A stretch of 64,000 nucleotides of DNA from an uncultured Candidatus Planktophila sp. (GCA_964462495.1 CAYWWZ010000001.1:69-64068), one strand, 5' to 3'; positions 52,617-63,005 are shown, numbered from the stretch's first letter. The notes: a model not told the origin generated them from the letters alone. Made by a program: numbers and translations.

Positions 52617-53369
52617 TTAGGAAAGGCTCGCCATAACTTCATCCGATACATCAAAATTTGAATACACGTTCTGTACGTCGTCAAGCTCTTCAATGGCATC
52701 GATGAGTTCAAAGACTTTAACCGCCACTTCGGCATCGAGAGGAATTTGCATAGAGGGCAGGAATGAGGAGTCGGCTGATTCATAATCAATACCTGCATCT
52801 TGCAAGGCGGTTCGAGCAGCAACGAGATCGCTAGCTTCACAGACGACTTCAAAAGACTCGCCCAAGTCATTTACTTCTTCAACTCCAGCATCAAGGGCTG
52901 CTTCAAGGATTGAATCCTCAGTAGCGCCGGATAACTTGCTGACGATGATGACTCCCTTGCGATTAAAGAGGTAGGAAACTGACCCTGGATCAGCCATGCT
53001 GCCGCCATTTCGAGTAACGGCGACTCTTACCTCTGATGCGGCACGATTACGATTATCGGAGAGACACTCAATCATGATTGCAACTCCGCCAGGCCCATAA
53101 CCTTCGTACATAATGGTCTGCCAATCAGCGCCACCAGATTCAAGTCCCGCACCGCGTTTTACCGCACGTTCAATATTGTCGGCCGGCATGGAATTCTTCT
53201 TCGCTTTAGCAATAGCATCAAAAAGAGTTGGGTTCCCATCTACATCAGGCCCACCATTACGAGCCGCAACTTCAATTGCCTTAATCAACTTTGCAAAGTT
53301 TTTAGCACGACGACTGTCAATAACTGCCTTCTTATGCTTGGTCGTTGCCCATTTGGAATGGCCTGACAT
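52617..53369 (-). CDS. YebC/PmpR family protein
   Basis: [33 protein letters not shown]. Confidence 0.95.
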   Translation of the reverse strand: MSGHSKWATTKHKKAVIDSRRAKNFAKLIKAIEVAARNGGPDVDGNPTLFDAIAKAKKNSMPADNIERAVKRGAGLESGGADWQTIMYEGYGPGGVAIMIECLSDNRNRAASEVRVAVTRNGGSMADPGSVSYLFNRKGVIIVSKLSGATEDSILEAALDAGVEEVNDLGESFEVVCEASDLVAARTALQDAGIDYESADSSFLPSMQIPLDAEVAVKVFELIDAIEELDDVQNVYSNFDVSDEVMASLS

Positions 53370-53417
53370 CAGTACACCTCGTTCTTCACCGCTGCTCTAT
53401 GAAACCTAGCATGAACT

Positions 53418-53990
53418 TTATCTCGCTTCACAGATCTCATCAAAAAAGTAGTTGTGCACCGCCATGTCAGCTGTTAATTCAGGGTGAAAACTAGTTGCTA
53501 GGAGCTTTCCTTGGCGTATCGCAACAGGATGACCTGCAGCATATGCAAGGACTTCGACGCCTGAGCCAACATCTTCAACCCACGGTGCGCGGATAAAGAC
53601 TGCATGCAAAGTTTTCCCACAAAAGTCGATGTCGGATTCAAAGGAATCAACTTGACGACCAAAAGCGTTACGACGGACGGTCACGTTCATGCCGCCAAAA
53701 GTCTTTTGACCTTCTTTTCCGTCAAGAATGCGATCTGCAAGCAGAATCATCCCCGCGCATGATCCATACACTGGCAAACCTTGGGCGATTTTCGACTTTA
53801 TCGGTTGATAAAGATTGAACAATTCCGCCAACTGGATAATTGTGGTGGATTCTCCGCCTGGCAAGACTAGGGCGCCAATATTCGCTAGATCTTCCGGCGT
53901 ACGAACCTCTATTGCTGTTTGACCGCAAGCCTCAATCGCTGCAATGTGTTCGCGGAAATCTCCTTGCAGCGCAAGTACACCAACAATCAT
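53418..53990 (-). CDS. pdxT: PLP synthase glutaminase subunit
   Basis: GVLALQG, PGGEST, CAGMI, RNAFGRQ, FIRAP, FHPE. Confidence 0.96.
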   Translation of the reverse strand: MIVGVLALQGDFREHIAAIEACGQTAIEVRTPEDLANIGALVLPGGESTTIIQLAELFNLYQPIKSKIAQGLPVYGSCAGMILLADRILDGKEGQKTFGGMNVTVRRNAFGRQVDSFESDIDFCGKTLHAVFIRAPWVEDVGSGVEVLAYAAGHPVAIRQGKLLATSFHPELTADMAVHNYFFDEICEAR

Positions 53991-54000
53991 TGATGGACTT

Positions 54001-54903
54001 TTACCAGCCTCGTTCAGCTAAACGATGAGGTACTGGAATATCAGCCACGTTGATTCCCACCATAGCTTCACCTAATCCGCGAGAGGCATCTGCAAGCACC
54101 TTTGCATCCCGGTAGAAGGTGGTTGCTTTAACGCAAGCGGCAGCGCGTTGCGCAGGATTGCCTGATTTAAAGATGCCAGAACCAATAAAGACACCATCAG
54201 CGCCCATCTGCATCATTAACGCGGCATCAGCAGGTGTTGCGATACCGCCTGCGGTAAAGAGAACCACAGGAAGTTTTCCTGTTTCAGCAACTTCTTTCAC
54301 TAAAGCATATGGAGCCTGCAATTCCTTGGCTGCCACATAAAGTTCATCTTCGCGCATAGAAGTAAGGCGACGGATTTCGCCTCCAATGGTTCGAATATGA
54401 GTCATTGCATTTGAGACATCGCCGGTACCAGCTTCACCCTTGGAGCGGATCATTGCCGCCCCCTCATTGATACGTCGAAGGGCTTCTCCAAGGTTGGTTG
54501 CACCACAGACAAAAGGAACCTTGAAATTCCACTTATCAATATGGTTTGTGTAATCAGCGGGTGTAAGTACTTCTGACTCATCGATGTAATCCACACCAAG
54601 ACTTTCGATAATTTGTGCTTCTACGAAATGCCCAATGCGAACCTTTGCCATTACTGGAATTGAGACCGCTGCTTGAATCTTTTGGATCATGTCAGGGTCA
54701 GACATACGTGCAACTCCACCTTGGGCACGAATATCAGCGGGTACTCGTTCCAGAGCCATCACTGCACAAGCGCCAGCATCTTCTGCGATCTTGGCTTGCT
54801 CTACATTAACGACATCCATAATGACGCCGCCTTTGAGCATTTCGGCCATGCCACGTTTTACGCGCGCTGTGCCAACTGCTTCGCTACCTGACTGCTGTGA
54901 CAT
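54001..54903 (-). CDS. pdxS: PLP synthase lyase subunit
   Basis: [40 protein letters not shown]. Confidence 0.97.
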   Translation of the reverse strand: MSQQSGSEAVGTARVKRGMAEMLKGGVIMDVVNVEQAKIAEDAGACAVMALERVPADIRAQGGVARMSDPDMIQKIQAAVSIPVMAKVRIGHFVEAQIIESLGVDYIDESEVLTPADYTNHIDKWNFKVPFVCGATNLGEALRRINEGAAMIRSKGEAGTGDVSNAMTHIRTIGGEIRRLTSMREDELYVAAKELQAPYALVKEVAETGKLPVVLFTAGGIATPADAALMMQMGADGVFIGSGIFKSGNPAQRAAACVKATTFYRDAKVLADASRGLGEAMVGINVADIPVPHRLAERGW

Positions 54904-54964
54904 TTACGAGGCTCCTTGAACTTTCGTGAAAAATCCCTTTTCTAAGGTTCGCAGTCTACTTTGT

Positions 54965-55987
54965 CTATCTCTGTCCTGCATCCGCAGATAAAGGGGTAAA
55001 AATCGGCTCTTTATCCGTAAGAGCGACCCAAAGCGCACCTCGCGCAAAAGGGATTTCTTCGCCCAAAATCGTTTTCCATGTGGTTCCATCTTGAAGAGAA
55101 GGTCTGCTCCAAGTCCCTTCAATAAATTTTCCATCACGCAATATGAATCCGCGTCCGGTTCCAACTGTTGCCGAAAAAGGAGTCACGCCTCCGACTTTGT
55201 CTCTATAGATGGAGTCTGTGATCGAAACAAGTTGAATGACAAAAGTATCTGCAGTCAATACAGTGCCAGATGCAGATAGATTTGGACGATTTCCATGCTT
55301 TAACTCCCAAACGTCCCGAGCGTCAGACCATGTGACCTCATACGAGCTTGCTGGCCAACTTACCTTTGCAGATGTGATTGGTTCGCCCAAGGTGGTGTCC
55401 TCTGAAAAATTCCATCCCGCATTCTTGGACCGCGCAAACTCATATCCACGCTCTGTTGCGTATTCCATCAGTAAATCAGCTCGTAATACCATCGCATAAG
55501 GTTGTATCCGAGTTGGGTCTGTTGTGTAAATTTTCGAAGACAAACTCTGCGCACCTAAATCAAATAGATTTGCGGCAGTTATCTCGGGCCGAAGTTTCGT
55601 TTGTGCTCCACTGTAGGCAAAACCTACTTTTCCAAACTGGGAGAGCAATTCTAAATCAGAGATTCTGGCAGACCTCACAGGTCCAATTTTTTGAGGAATC
55701 TTTGATGAATAAAGGGCAGCTAGCCGGGTGAGCCCTCCTTCAACCTGTTCTATGTAGACGATGTCTGCAAATTCAACTCCAATCTGAGGATGAGCCATCT
55801 TTGTGTCATCAATCTTTACAACCAGAATCGGCCCATCATTTCCTTCTCGACCGCTCAGCGAGTTGTAACTCTTATCCTCAAGGAATTCCGTCAAGGACGT
55901 TCTCGTGGTTGGCAAATATACTGAGACGAATACGATAAGGAGGGATACCCCAGCCGTTGTCAGGGATAACGTTTTCTTAGCGAACAT
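54965..55987 (-). CDS. DUF3048 (YerB-like) membrane-anchored extracellular protein
   Basis: N-terminal hydrophobic anchor; VKIDD..AHPQ.G...AD.VY...VEGGLTR, GPVRSAR; start likely ATG 55987 (track start 56032). Confidence 0.8.
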   Translation of the reverse strand: MFAKKTLSLTTAGVSLLIVFVSVYLPTTRTSLTEFLEDKSYNSLSGREGNDGPILVVKIDDTKMAHPQIGVEFADIVYIEQVEGGLTRLAALYSSKIPQKIGPVRSARISDLELLSQFGKVGFAYSGAQTKLRPEITAANLFDLGAQSLSSKIYTTDPTRIQPYAMVLRADLLMEYATERGYEFARSKNAGWNFSEDTTLGEPITSAKVSWPASSYEVTWSDARDVWELKHGNRPNLSASGTVLTADTFVIQLVSITDSIYRDKVGGVTPFSATVGTGRGFILRDGKFIEGTWSRPSLQDGTTWKTILGEEIPFARGALWVALTDKEPIFTPLSADAGQR

Positions 55988-56480
55988 CTGCTTCGAACTC
56001 ATAGACAATCGGTTCAGGCGCATTCCCTGCAAGGCGGAAGATTCTAATAATCGGTTTCTTGCGAACTTTTATAGTTCGATTCACCGCATCCACGTGTATA
56101 GCGATACCAATTTTGATTTTCTCATTAAGCTCCTTGAGTTCCAATATGAGTTCACGCTCTTTCGCTCCAAAGTTCATTTCATCACCTTGCAAAAGAATCT
56201 CGAGCGCTCCGTTCAGACCGGTCTCTGCTTGAGAACGGTCTCGCATGTTGGCATCCCTAGCTTGGTGGGCCGCGAAAGTGAGAAGCAAAGAAGCAGCTGG
56301 ATCTGATATTTCAGAGCGTGCAATCTCGATAGCTATAGCCGCACGTCGCTGCAAGAGGCCATCCAGATTGGCCCAACTAGTCTCGACGCGATGATGAAGT
56401 CGATCTAAACGGGTAGCAGAGTACGACAAGTACCAAGCAATAAATGCGATAACAAATAGAGGAAAGAGGTATTTACTCAC
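55977..56480 (-). CDS. Conserved actinobacterial LemA-like membrane protein (pimA operon)
   Basis: N-terminal TM then A.RLDRLH.R....W..LD..L.RRA; C-terminal R.F.LAG.AP; follows pimA. Confidence 0.7.
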   Translation of the reverse strand: MSKYLFPLFVIAFIAWYLSYSATRLDRLHHRVETSWANLDGLLQRRAAIAIEIARSEISDPAASLLLTFAAHQARDANMRDRSQAETGLNGALEILLQGDEMNFGAKERELILELKELNEKIKIGIAIHVDAVNRTIKVRKKPIIRIFRLAGNAPEPIVYEFEADVR

Positions 56481-56485
56481 AACAG

Positions 56486-57664
56486 TTAATCCCTTCCTAG
56501 CAATTTATTCCAAGCTCGATTTTCAGAGGAAAGGGTCACCTTCCGACCGCCAACCATCGCCATCTCATACACGTCAAAAATCTTTTCGGCAACCACATCC
56601 CAATCGAAACTTTGGGCATACTCTTTTCCTAAATTCGCTTTGGTTTTTCGTGATTCGGGATTTGAGAATAGATAAATAATTTTTTCAGCTAAATCATGGC
56701 TATTTTCGGATTCAAAGAGTGTGCCATACTTTCCATGACCAAGAAGAGAGTCAAATGCAGGGATATCACTTGCGACTACATTAGCTCCACTCGCTAGTGC
56801 TTCTGCAAGAATTATTCCGAAGGACTCTCCTCCTGTATTCGGTGCGACATAAACGCCAACTGATGCTAAAAAATTTGCTTTGTCTTTCTCTGAAATTCGG
56901 CCCAGAAAATTTATGTGATGTCGAAGATGCACATCAATAACCTCTAGCGTTTCATCTGAATTCCCCGGTCCTGCCACGAAAACCTTGGTATCAGGGAATT
57001 TCTCTATCACTTTAGGCAGAGCTTGAAGCAGAATTGCCAAGCCCTTTCGGGGTTCTTGAAAGCGACCAATGAAGCCAAGAGTGTGTCCAGACCAACGCTG
57101 TTCCTGTACTCCATTGCGATATCGATCTGCGTAGATTCCATTCGGTACAACGATTGCATCAGTCTCCAGATGCTCAGTAAGAGTCTCACGAGCGGCTTCG
57201 CTTACTGCGATACGCGCTGTAAGTTTTTCAATGACTGGCTCAAGAAATGGAACGACCGCAAAAGAAACCTTCTGCCTCTTTGCCGCAGCATGGAAGGTTC
57301 CAACCATGGGCCCTTCCGCCGCCCAGCACGCAAGAAGTGAGATTGAAGGAATAGCTGGTTCGTGAAGATGTAGTACATCGAAATTTCCATTCAAAATCCA
57401 CTGACGAACTCGCGCAAAAGCTATGGGGCCAAACAGGACACGAGCCACAGCTCCGTTGTAAGGAATAGCAATCGGTCTCCCTGCATTTACTACATAATCT
57501 GGCAAATTCTCATCAGAAATTGCTGGGGCTAAAACCGAGACGTTATGTCCTGCCGCAATCAAATACTCTGCCAGATCACCAATATGGCTCTGAACTCCCC
57601 CCGGTGTATCCCACCCATAGGGGCAAACAATTCCTATGCGCTTCTTTGAAAGTGGCATCATCAC
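56486..57664 (-). CDS. pimA: Phosphatidyl-myo-inositol mannosyltransferase (GT4)
   Basis: IGIVCPY..D.PGGVQ.H, PYNG.VAR, HLHEP, EPRKG, GGESFGI.L.EA. Confidence 0.92.
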   Translation of the reverse strand: MMMPLSKKRIGIVCPYGWDTPGGVQSHIGDLAEYLIAAGHNVSVLAPAISDENLPDYVVNAGRPIAIPYNGAVARVLFGPIAFARVRQWILNGNFDVLHLHEPAIPSISLLACWAAEGPMVGTFHAAAKRQKVSFAVVPFLEPVIEKLTARIAVSEAARETLTEHLETDAIVVPNGIYADRYRNGVQEQRWSGHTLGFIGRFQEPRKGLAILLQALPKVIEKFPDTKVFVAGPGNSDETLEVIDVHLRHHINFLGRISEKDKANFLASVGVYVAPNTGGESFGIILAEALASGANVVASDIPAFDSLLGHGKYGTLFESENSHDLAEKIIYLFSNPESRKTKANLGKEYAQSFDWDVVAEKIFDVYEMAMVGGRKVTLSSENRAWNKLLGRD

Positions 57665-58548
57665 GCAACCCTTTCTACAAAGTCACCGTCTATCCAGATT
57701 CTTTGCAGCATGTGCCAATCTTGAGGGTGTTCACGAATTCCAATTTCGAAGAGTCTGGCGCACGCTTGCACTGTCTGCTTTATCCGTTCATCATCGCTTC
57801 CAGAGTTCGGCACTTTTACGTCGTGAAAATCTATATGTATTCCATGAGGTGTATATGAAACATGCGCGACGATGAGGGGAATATCAGTCTTGACAGCCAA
57901 AAGCGCCGGACCAGCTGGCATCCGAGCCGGGGCTCCAAAAAATTCTACGTTTATCCCAGACCGTGACAAATCTCGATCTGCAACAAGTGCTATGAGTCTC
58001 TTCTCACGTGCGCGCTTGAGCAGGGTTGCAAAAGATCGATTGTCGAGGGCTAGAACCTCAAAACCCATTCTCGTTCGATGCTGCAAAAAACGCTGAAATA
58101 ACGCTTCTGGTTTTAGTCTTTCGGCGACTGTCACCAATGGAATACCTAGGGCACAGAAGTACGCACCCGCCAAATCCCAGTTGCCAGAATGTGGCAGAGC
58201 AACGACCACTCCTTCGCCCCGCTCAATGCGATCAATCAAGAGATTCCCATTCGAGATCGTTACCGAGTTGAGAATTCTTTCGCGGCTCCAACTTTGAATC
58301 CGGAAAGTGTCGCACCAATATCGCATATAGGAATGGAGCGCATCTTTTGTTAAAGTGTCGAGTTCAAATTTATTGAGTTCAGGGGCAGTTCGACTTAAGT
58401 TACTCCTAAGGCGTTGCACGCTCTTTCCATTCCTACGCCAAAGGACATCTCCTAATTTTGAGAATATCAAGTAGGCAGCTCTCTCGGGAATGCTTCGTAC
58501 GACCCACCATCCAAAGAAATACGCGCTGGCTGCAAGCCGCTCTTTCAT
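57661..58548 (-). CDS. patA: Phosphatidylinositol mannoside acyltransferase
   Basis: SY.RYW, HSGNWD, VAERL.PE, ADRDL, P.DWHMLQ; ATG 58548 overlaps pgsA stop (ATGA). Confidence 0.9.
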   Translation of the reverse strand: MKERLAASAYFFGWWVVRSIPERAAYLIFSKLGDVLWRRNGKSVQRLRSNLSRTAPELNKFELDTLTKDALHSYMRYWCDTFRIQSWSRERILNSVTISNGNLLIDRIERGEGVVVALPHSGNWDLAGAYFCALGIPLVTVAERLKPEALFQRFLQHRTRMGFEVLALDNRSFATLLKRAREKRLIALVADRDLSRSGINVEFFGAPARMPAGPALLAVKTDIPLIVAHVSYTPHGIHIDFHDVKVPNSGSDDERIKQTVQACARLFEIGIREHPQDWHMLQRIWIDGDFVERVA

Positions 58549-59147
58549 CTGGTTGCCAATCCGCGTCGCACCACATAGACGCGCTGCAGGACCGTCACGA
58601 CTCCCAAAATCGACAATAACCAGAAGCCACAAGCGAGCACATATGGCACGCCTAGCCCGTGAAACCCGATCGCTGTCAACATGATGACAAGGCGCTCTGT
58701 TCGTTCTGCAATTCCAATAGAGCAGTTAATACCGAAACTTTCTGCCTTTGCGCGTATGTAAGGAATCAGAAAACCGCTCACCAGAATCAATAATCCTAGG
58801 TATGAAAGTGGGTCATCTGCTGCAATCAACGGGATGATCACTGCGATAGTTATTGCGGAATCGGTAATTCGATCAATGGTCGAATCGAGAAATCCACCCC
58901 AAGGACTTGCGCCGGACTTTGAAAGTCGCGCCATGGCTCCATCAAATAAGTCGCTCAGTGCAAAGAACACGATGGCGAGAGTGCCCCAAAAAAACTCTTC
59001 TCTCGGATAAAACCACGCTGCTGACGCCAAGACGCCACAAGCTCCCAAAATTGTTATTGCGTTGGGGGTCAGGCCGGCAGCTACAGCAAGGCGAGCCACA
59101 GGATTAATCAATCGTGTGACTGCTGGTTTCAGTGAGCTGCTAATCAT
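58545..59147 (-). CDS. pgsA: Phosphatidylinositol(-phosphate) synthase
   Basis: TPNAIT, CDP-alcohol motif DLFDGAMAR...G.FLDSTIDR, YIRAKAE, ER.ER; start ATG 59147. Confidence 0.92.
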   Translation of the reverse strand: MISSSLKPAVTRLINPVARLAVAAGLTPNAITILGACGVLASAAWFYPREEFFWGTLAIVFFALSDLFDGAMARLSKSGASPWGGFLDSTIDRITDSAITIAVIIPLIAADDPLSYLGLLILVSGFLIPYIRAKAESFGINCSIGIAERTERLVIMLTAIGFHGLGVPYVLACGFWLLSILGVVTVLQRVYVVRRGLATR

Positions 59148-59154
59148 CGGCACC

Positions 59155-59164
59155 ATCGTAGGCT
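59155..59164. promoter_or_regulatory. Overlapping bidirectional -10 elements
   Basis: ATCGTAGGCT: minus TACGAT 7 nt before pgsA ATG; plus TAGGCT 7 nt before ATG 59172. Confidence 0.55.
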
Positions 59165-59171
59165 TACCTGT

Positions 59172-59780
59172 ATGCCTACCTCCAACTCTGAGCCTGTGAA
59201 TTTGCCACCAAAACGTATACACATATACGGGCATGTGAGCGCTTCGCCCGCTGCTTTGGCTCAGGCTTTTCAGGGAGTAGTTGCTAGTGAGGCTGTTGGC
59301 GAATCAGATCTTGCGATATTTGCCATCAATCCTTCAGCAGGAATCGATTCCCACACCATCTCATTATGGCAACAACTCGACGAGTACCAAATACCTCGAT
59401 TAGTAATAGTTAACGGGCTAGAGGGACAAGAACAGGATTTCGATGATGCAGTTTTATTAGCTCGCCGGGTTCTAGACGAGGTTGTCACTCCATTTTTGGT
59501 TTTGCATGATGACAACGGAGAACCTTCGGCTCTCATTCGCTTAGAGGACATACAAATTATTGATTATTCAACCAATCCTCCTACGTACAGGCATTGTGAT
59601 CCTGAACATGAAGAGCTAGTGAGGGAATTCCGCGACGAATACTTTGAACAAATGTCCGAGATGGACGCTGGGGCTTTTGAAGCAGGAATTATTTTTCCGG
59701 CAATTCCAGTCAACCTCAACAAGGGTATTGGAGTAGATATCGTGAAGGGCTATATCGAAGAATTACCAAGCGGCAGCTAA
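59172..59780 (+). CDS. Truncated, degenerate EF-G-like (EF-G2) G-domain protein
   Basis: Blocks SDLAIFAINPSAGID, IPRLVIVNGLE...DFD and IFPAIP...KGIGV...LPS resemble EF-G domain I; sits divergent from pgsA, where I recall an EF-G-like gene in Streptomyces. Confidence 0.7.
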   Translation: MPTSNSEPVNLPPKRIHIYGHVSASPAALAQAFQGVVASEAVGESDLAIFAINPSAGIDSHTISLWQQLDEYQIPRLVIVNGLEGQEQDFDDAVLLARRVLDEVVTPFLVLHDDNGEPSALIRLEDIQIIDYSTNPPTYRHCDPEHEELVREFRDEYFEQMSEMDAGAFEAGIIFPAIPVNLNKGIGVDIVKGYIEELPSGS

Positions 59781-60287
59781 CTCATCTCGGGTCATGGTTA
59801 ACAACTGCGGCATAACCTTTGTCTTTCCAATAATCGGCATAAAGTTGGCATCTCCTGACCATCGAGGAACGATATGTTGATGGATATGCGCTGCTACTCC
59901 CGCGCCTGAAATTGCCCCCTGATTCATTCCAAGGTTGAATCCATCTGCTTGCGAGACCTTTCTTACTACAGTCATAGCATGTGCAGTCATATCCGTAATC
60001 TCATGCCGTTCTTCAATAGTTAAATCAGTTAAATCCGCTACATGCCGGAATGCACAAATGAGCAAGTGACCCGGGTTATACGGATATAGATTCATCACGG
60101 CGTAAGCATGTTCGCCTCTTGCGACAACGAGTCCTTCTTCGTCACTCAACGTTGGAATGCGACAGAAAGGACAGGACACATCGTTGTCTGCTAAAGGTCG
60201 ATTCTCACCGCGCAAATAATCAAGTCGGTGGGGAGCCCACAAGCGTTGCCAACCATCTGGCATCCCGACGCCTGACATTTCACTCAT
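59763..60287 (-). CDS. HIT family protein (Ap4A phosphorylase-like)
   Basis: RLWAPHR, CPFC, NLYPYNPGH, N.G.NQG..GAG, HIHQHIVPRW; follows thrS. Confidence 0.9.
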   Translation of the reverse strand: MSEMSGVGMPDGWQRLWAPHRLDYLRGENRPLADNDVSCPFCRIPTLSDEEGLVVARGEHAYAVMNLYPYNPGHLLICAFRHVADLTDLTIEERHEITDMTAHAMTVVRKVSQADGFNLGMNQGAISGAGVAAHIHQHIVPRWSGDANFMPIIGKTKVMPQLLTMTRDELAAAW

Positions 60288-60289
60288 AG

Positions 60290-62278
60290 TTATACCTGCT
60301 TACGAGAAGAAATCGCCTGCTTAATCTCAGCAATGGCTTCTGCAATGGGGATGCCGTTCTTCTGATCGCCATTACGGTATCGGAAAGACACTGCTCCAAC
60401 CTGCATATCTTCTTCTCCAGCAATGACCATAAAGGGAATCTTCTGCATCTGCGCATTGCGCACTTTCTTCTGCATACGATCATCTGATGAATCAAGTTCG
60501 GCTCTAATTCCATTTGATCTCATCTCTGCAATCACCTTTGCTAAATAATCCGCGAAGGTATCTGCAACTGGAATGCCTACAACCTGAATGGGAGCCAACC
60601 AGGGAGGAAATGCTCCCGAATAATGCTCTGTTAAAACTCCGAAGAATCGTTCTATAGAACCAAAGAGTGCGCGATGAATCATAACTGGCCGTTGGCGACT
60701 GCCATCTGCTGCCGCGAATTCTAGCTCAAATCTCTGTGGCAATTGAAAATCAACTTGGATAGTTGACATCTGCCAAGTGCGTCCGATTGCATCTTTTGCC
60801 TGAACCGAAATCTTTGGACCATAGAAGGCGGCGCCACCTTCATCGAGAACCAATTCAAGATTTTGTGCCAAAGCTGCACTGCGTAAAGCCTCAGTAGCCT
60901 CATGCCAATCGTGATCTTCGCCTACAGATTTTTCAGGATTACGTGTCGAAAGCTCGAGATAGAAATCCTGTAAACCATAATCCCGAAGCAAATTCAAAAC
61001 AAAGGTCAATAAGGAATCCAACTCACCAGGCATCTGTTCTTTTGTGCAATAGATGTGAGCGTCATCTTGAGTAAATCCGCGCGCACGGGTGATTCCGTGT
61101 AAGACACCAGATTTCTCGTACCTATAAACGGTTCCGAACTCAAACAAGCGCAACGGAAGTTCTCGATAGGAACGCTGCCGGGATTGAAAAATGAGATTAT
61201 GAAATGGGCAGTTCATAGGCTTCATGTAGTACTGCTGCCCAGCTCGCTTAATCGTGCCATCAGCATGGAGTTCTTCATCCATAATCATCGGTGGATACAT
61301 ACCTTCGGAATACCAATCAAGATGGCCCGATTTTTGAAAGAGCGCCGCTTTCGTCAGATGGGGTGAATATACAAACTCGTAGTTCTCTTCCTCATGACGC
61401 TTTCGTGAGTAATCTTCCATGGCACGTCGAACGATTCCCCCCTTGGGGTGAAACACCGCTAAACCTGAACCAATCTCTTCCGGAAACGAGAAGAGATCGA
61501 GCTCTTGACCAAGCCGGCGATGGTCTCGCTTTTCAGCTTCAGCTAAAAGTTCGAGATAGGCGTTGAGTTCATCTTGCGATGGCCACGCGGTTCCGTAGAT
61601 TCGTTGCAGCATCGGGTTCTTCTCAGAACCACGCCAATAAGCGCCTGCGCTTCGCATTAATTTAAATGCTGGAATATGTTTAGTGGAAGGCAAGTGCGGT
61701 CCACGACAAAGGTCTGACCAGACAGCTTTTCCATCTCTACCTAGATTGTCGTAAATTGTAAGCTCGGTGCCGCCCACTTCAACGTTTGTTTCGTCATTCC
61801 CTCCACCCTTAATGCCAATCAACTCGCATTTGTACGGTTCATGGGCAAGTTCTTTGAGCGCATCAGATTCTGTCGTGATACGACGCTTAAAGCGTTGACC
61901 ATCTTTCACAATCTTGCGCATAGCGCTTTCAATCTTCTCGAGATCTTCTGGAGTAAATGGTTGTTGAGGGTCAAAGTCATAGTAGAAACCGTCCGTAATT
62001 GGCGGACCTATTCCTAATCGAGTTTGTGAGAATAGTTGCTGCACGGCTTGCGCCATAACGTGTGCAGTTGAATGGCGAAGAACTGCCAGACCATCTGGTG
62101 ACGAAATGGAGACGCCCTCGACGGCATCGCCATCGGCGAGATCCGTCCAAAGATCTTTCAGAACGCCATTGACCTTACAGACAACAATGTCTTTTGCCTC
62201 CGCAAAAATATGGGTCGGTTTTTGATCCGCTTCAATGGTCTTGGCTTCGCCATTTACTGAGATGGAGATCATCGACAT
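60290..62278 (-). CDS. thrS: Threonine--tRNA ligase
   Basis: RHSTAH, DLCRGPH, RDHR, KPMNCP.H, QDDAH, HRA..GS.ERF. Confidence 0.98.
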   Translation of the reverse strand: MSMISISVNGEAKTIEADQKPTHIFAEAKDIVVCKVNGVLKDLWTDLADGDAVEGVSISSPDGLAVLRHSTAHVMAQAVQQLFSQTRLGIGPPITDGFYYDFDPQQPFTPEDLEKIESAMRKIVKDGQRFKRRITTESDALKELAHEPYKCELIGIKGGGNDETNVEVGGTELTIYDNLGRDGKAVWSDLCRGPHLPSTKHIPAFKLMRSAGAYWRGSEKNPMLQRIYGTAWPSQDELNAYLELLAEAEKRDHRRLGQELDLFSFPEEIGSGLAVFHPKGGIVRRAMEDYSRKRHEEENYEFVYSPHLTKAALFQKSGHLDWYSEGMYPPMIMDEELHADGTIKRAGQQYYMKPMNCPFHNLIFQSRQRSYRELPLRLFEFGTVYRYEKSGVLHGITRARGFTQDDAHIYCTKEQMPGELDSLLTFVLNLLRDYGLQDFYLELSTRNPEKSVGEDHDWHEATEALRSAALAQNLELVLDEGGAAFYGPKISVQAKDAIGRTWQMSTIQVDFQLPQRFELEFAAADGSRQRPVMIHRALFGSIERFFGVLTEHYSGAFPPWLAPIQVVGIPVADTFADYLAKVIAEMRSNGIRAELDSSDDRMQKKVRNAQMQKIPFMVIAGEEDMQVGAVSFRYRNGDQKNGIPIAEAIAEIKQAISSRKQV

Positions 62279-62282
62279 GTGG

Positions 62283-63005
62283 CTAGCCTACCGAATGTGC
62301 CTGAATGACGCCTCGAATTGCAGATTCCAATTGACGGGATTGCTCCCCAATCTGCAATTTCATCTCACCGATATGGGAAATTGGCTGTGTTATGCGAAGG
62401 CTTGCCAGCGATAGAGCTGCTTCAATTTCAGGAATCTCAGAAATGTGAATCGCTCGAACTCTTACGCCGCATTTTTCAATAGCAAGACCTCGCATGATTC
62501 CCGGGAGCGCACCTGAGGTAATTGGTGGGGTAACCCACTCATCTGCAATACGAAATACAAGATTGGATACAGCAGATTCGGTAATCTCATTCTTTGAATT
62601 GAGCAAAATGGCGTCGTCATAACCTTCGTTCTTTGCCACGTCAAGAATTGCAAAGCGATCATCGTATGGGAATTTCTTATGTGACAGACCAATCACTGTC
62701 TGTGAATGGATTGTCAAACGTAAAGCGTTTGTAGGTTCTACATAATCATCATGAGTGATAAGAAAACCATCCCTAAAGATACAAATTCGTAAACGTCCTA
62801 TCGAATAGGGATGTTGGCGGCACACGTTTTCTATTTCACCTCGCAGCGCATCCTCCGCTGGCATCCTAATGCCGAGCGCATGGGCGGATTCCAGTGCCCT
62901 GCGCATATGTCGAGTGAGTTCTAAAGCCTTTCCATCAACGGTTTTAATAGTTTCAAAAATTCCATGAGTTTTTGGAAACCCATAAGCATCAATCTCATAC
63001 TTCAT
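62283..63005 (-). CDS. Class IV PLP enzyme (aminodeoxychorismate lyase / branched-chain aminotransferase-like)
   Basis: GIFET, H..R, E....N, TP......LPGI.R; ATG 63005 overlaps upstream stop (ATGA). Confidence 0.82.
   Translation of the reverse strand: MKYEIDAYGFPKTHGIFETIKTVDGKALELTRHMRRALESAHALGIRMPAEDALRGEIENVCRQHPYSIGRLRICIFRDGFLITHDDYVEPTNALRLTIHSQTVIGLSHKKFPYDDRFAILDVAKNEGYDDAILLNSKNEITESAVSNLVFRIADEWVTPPITSGALPGIMRGLAIEKCGVRVRAIHISEIPEIEAALSLASLRITQPISHIGEMKLQIGEQSRQLESAIRGVIQAHSVG
62285..62290 (-). promoter_or_regulatory. -10 hexamer of leaderless thrS
   Basis: TAGGCT + AGCCAC + ATG. Confidence 0.55.

Noticed and set aside
58549-59234. Long ORF-track starts for patA (58632) and pgsA (59234)
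   Set aside because: They create large overlaps; the ATGA coupling and -10 spacing favour 58548 and 59147.
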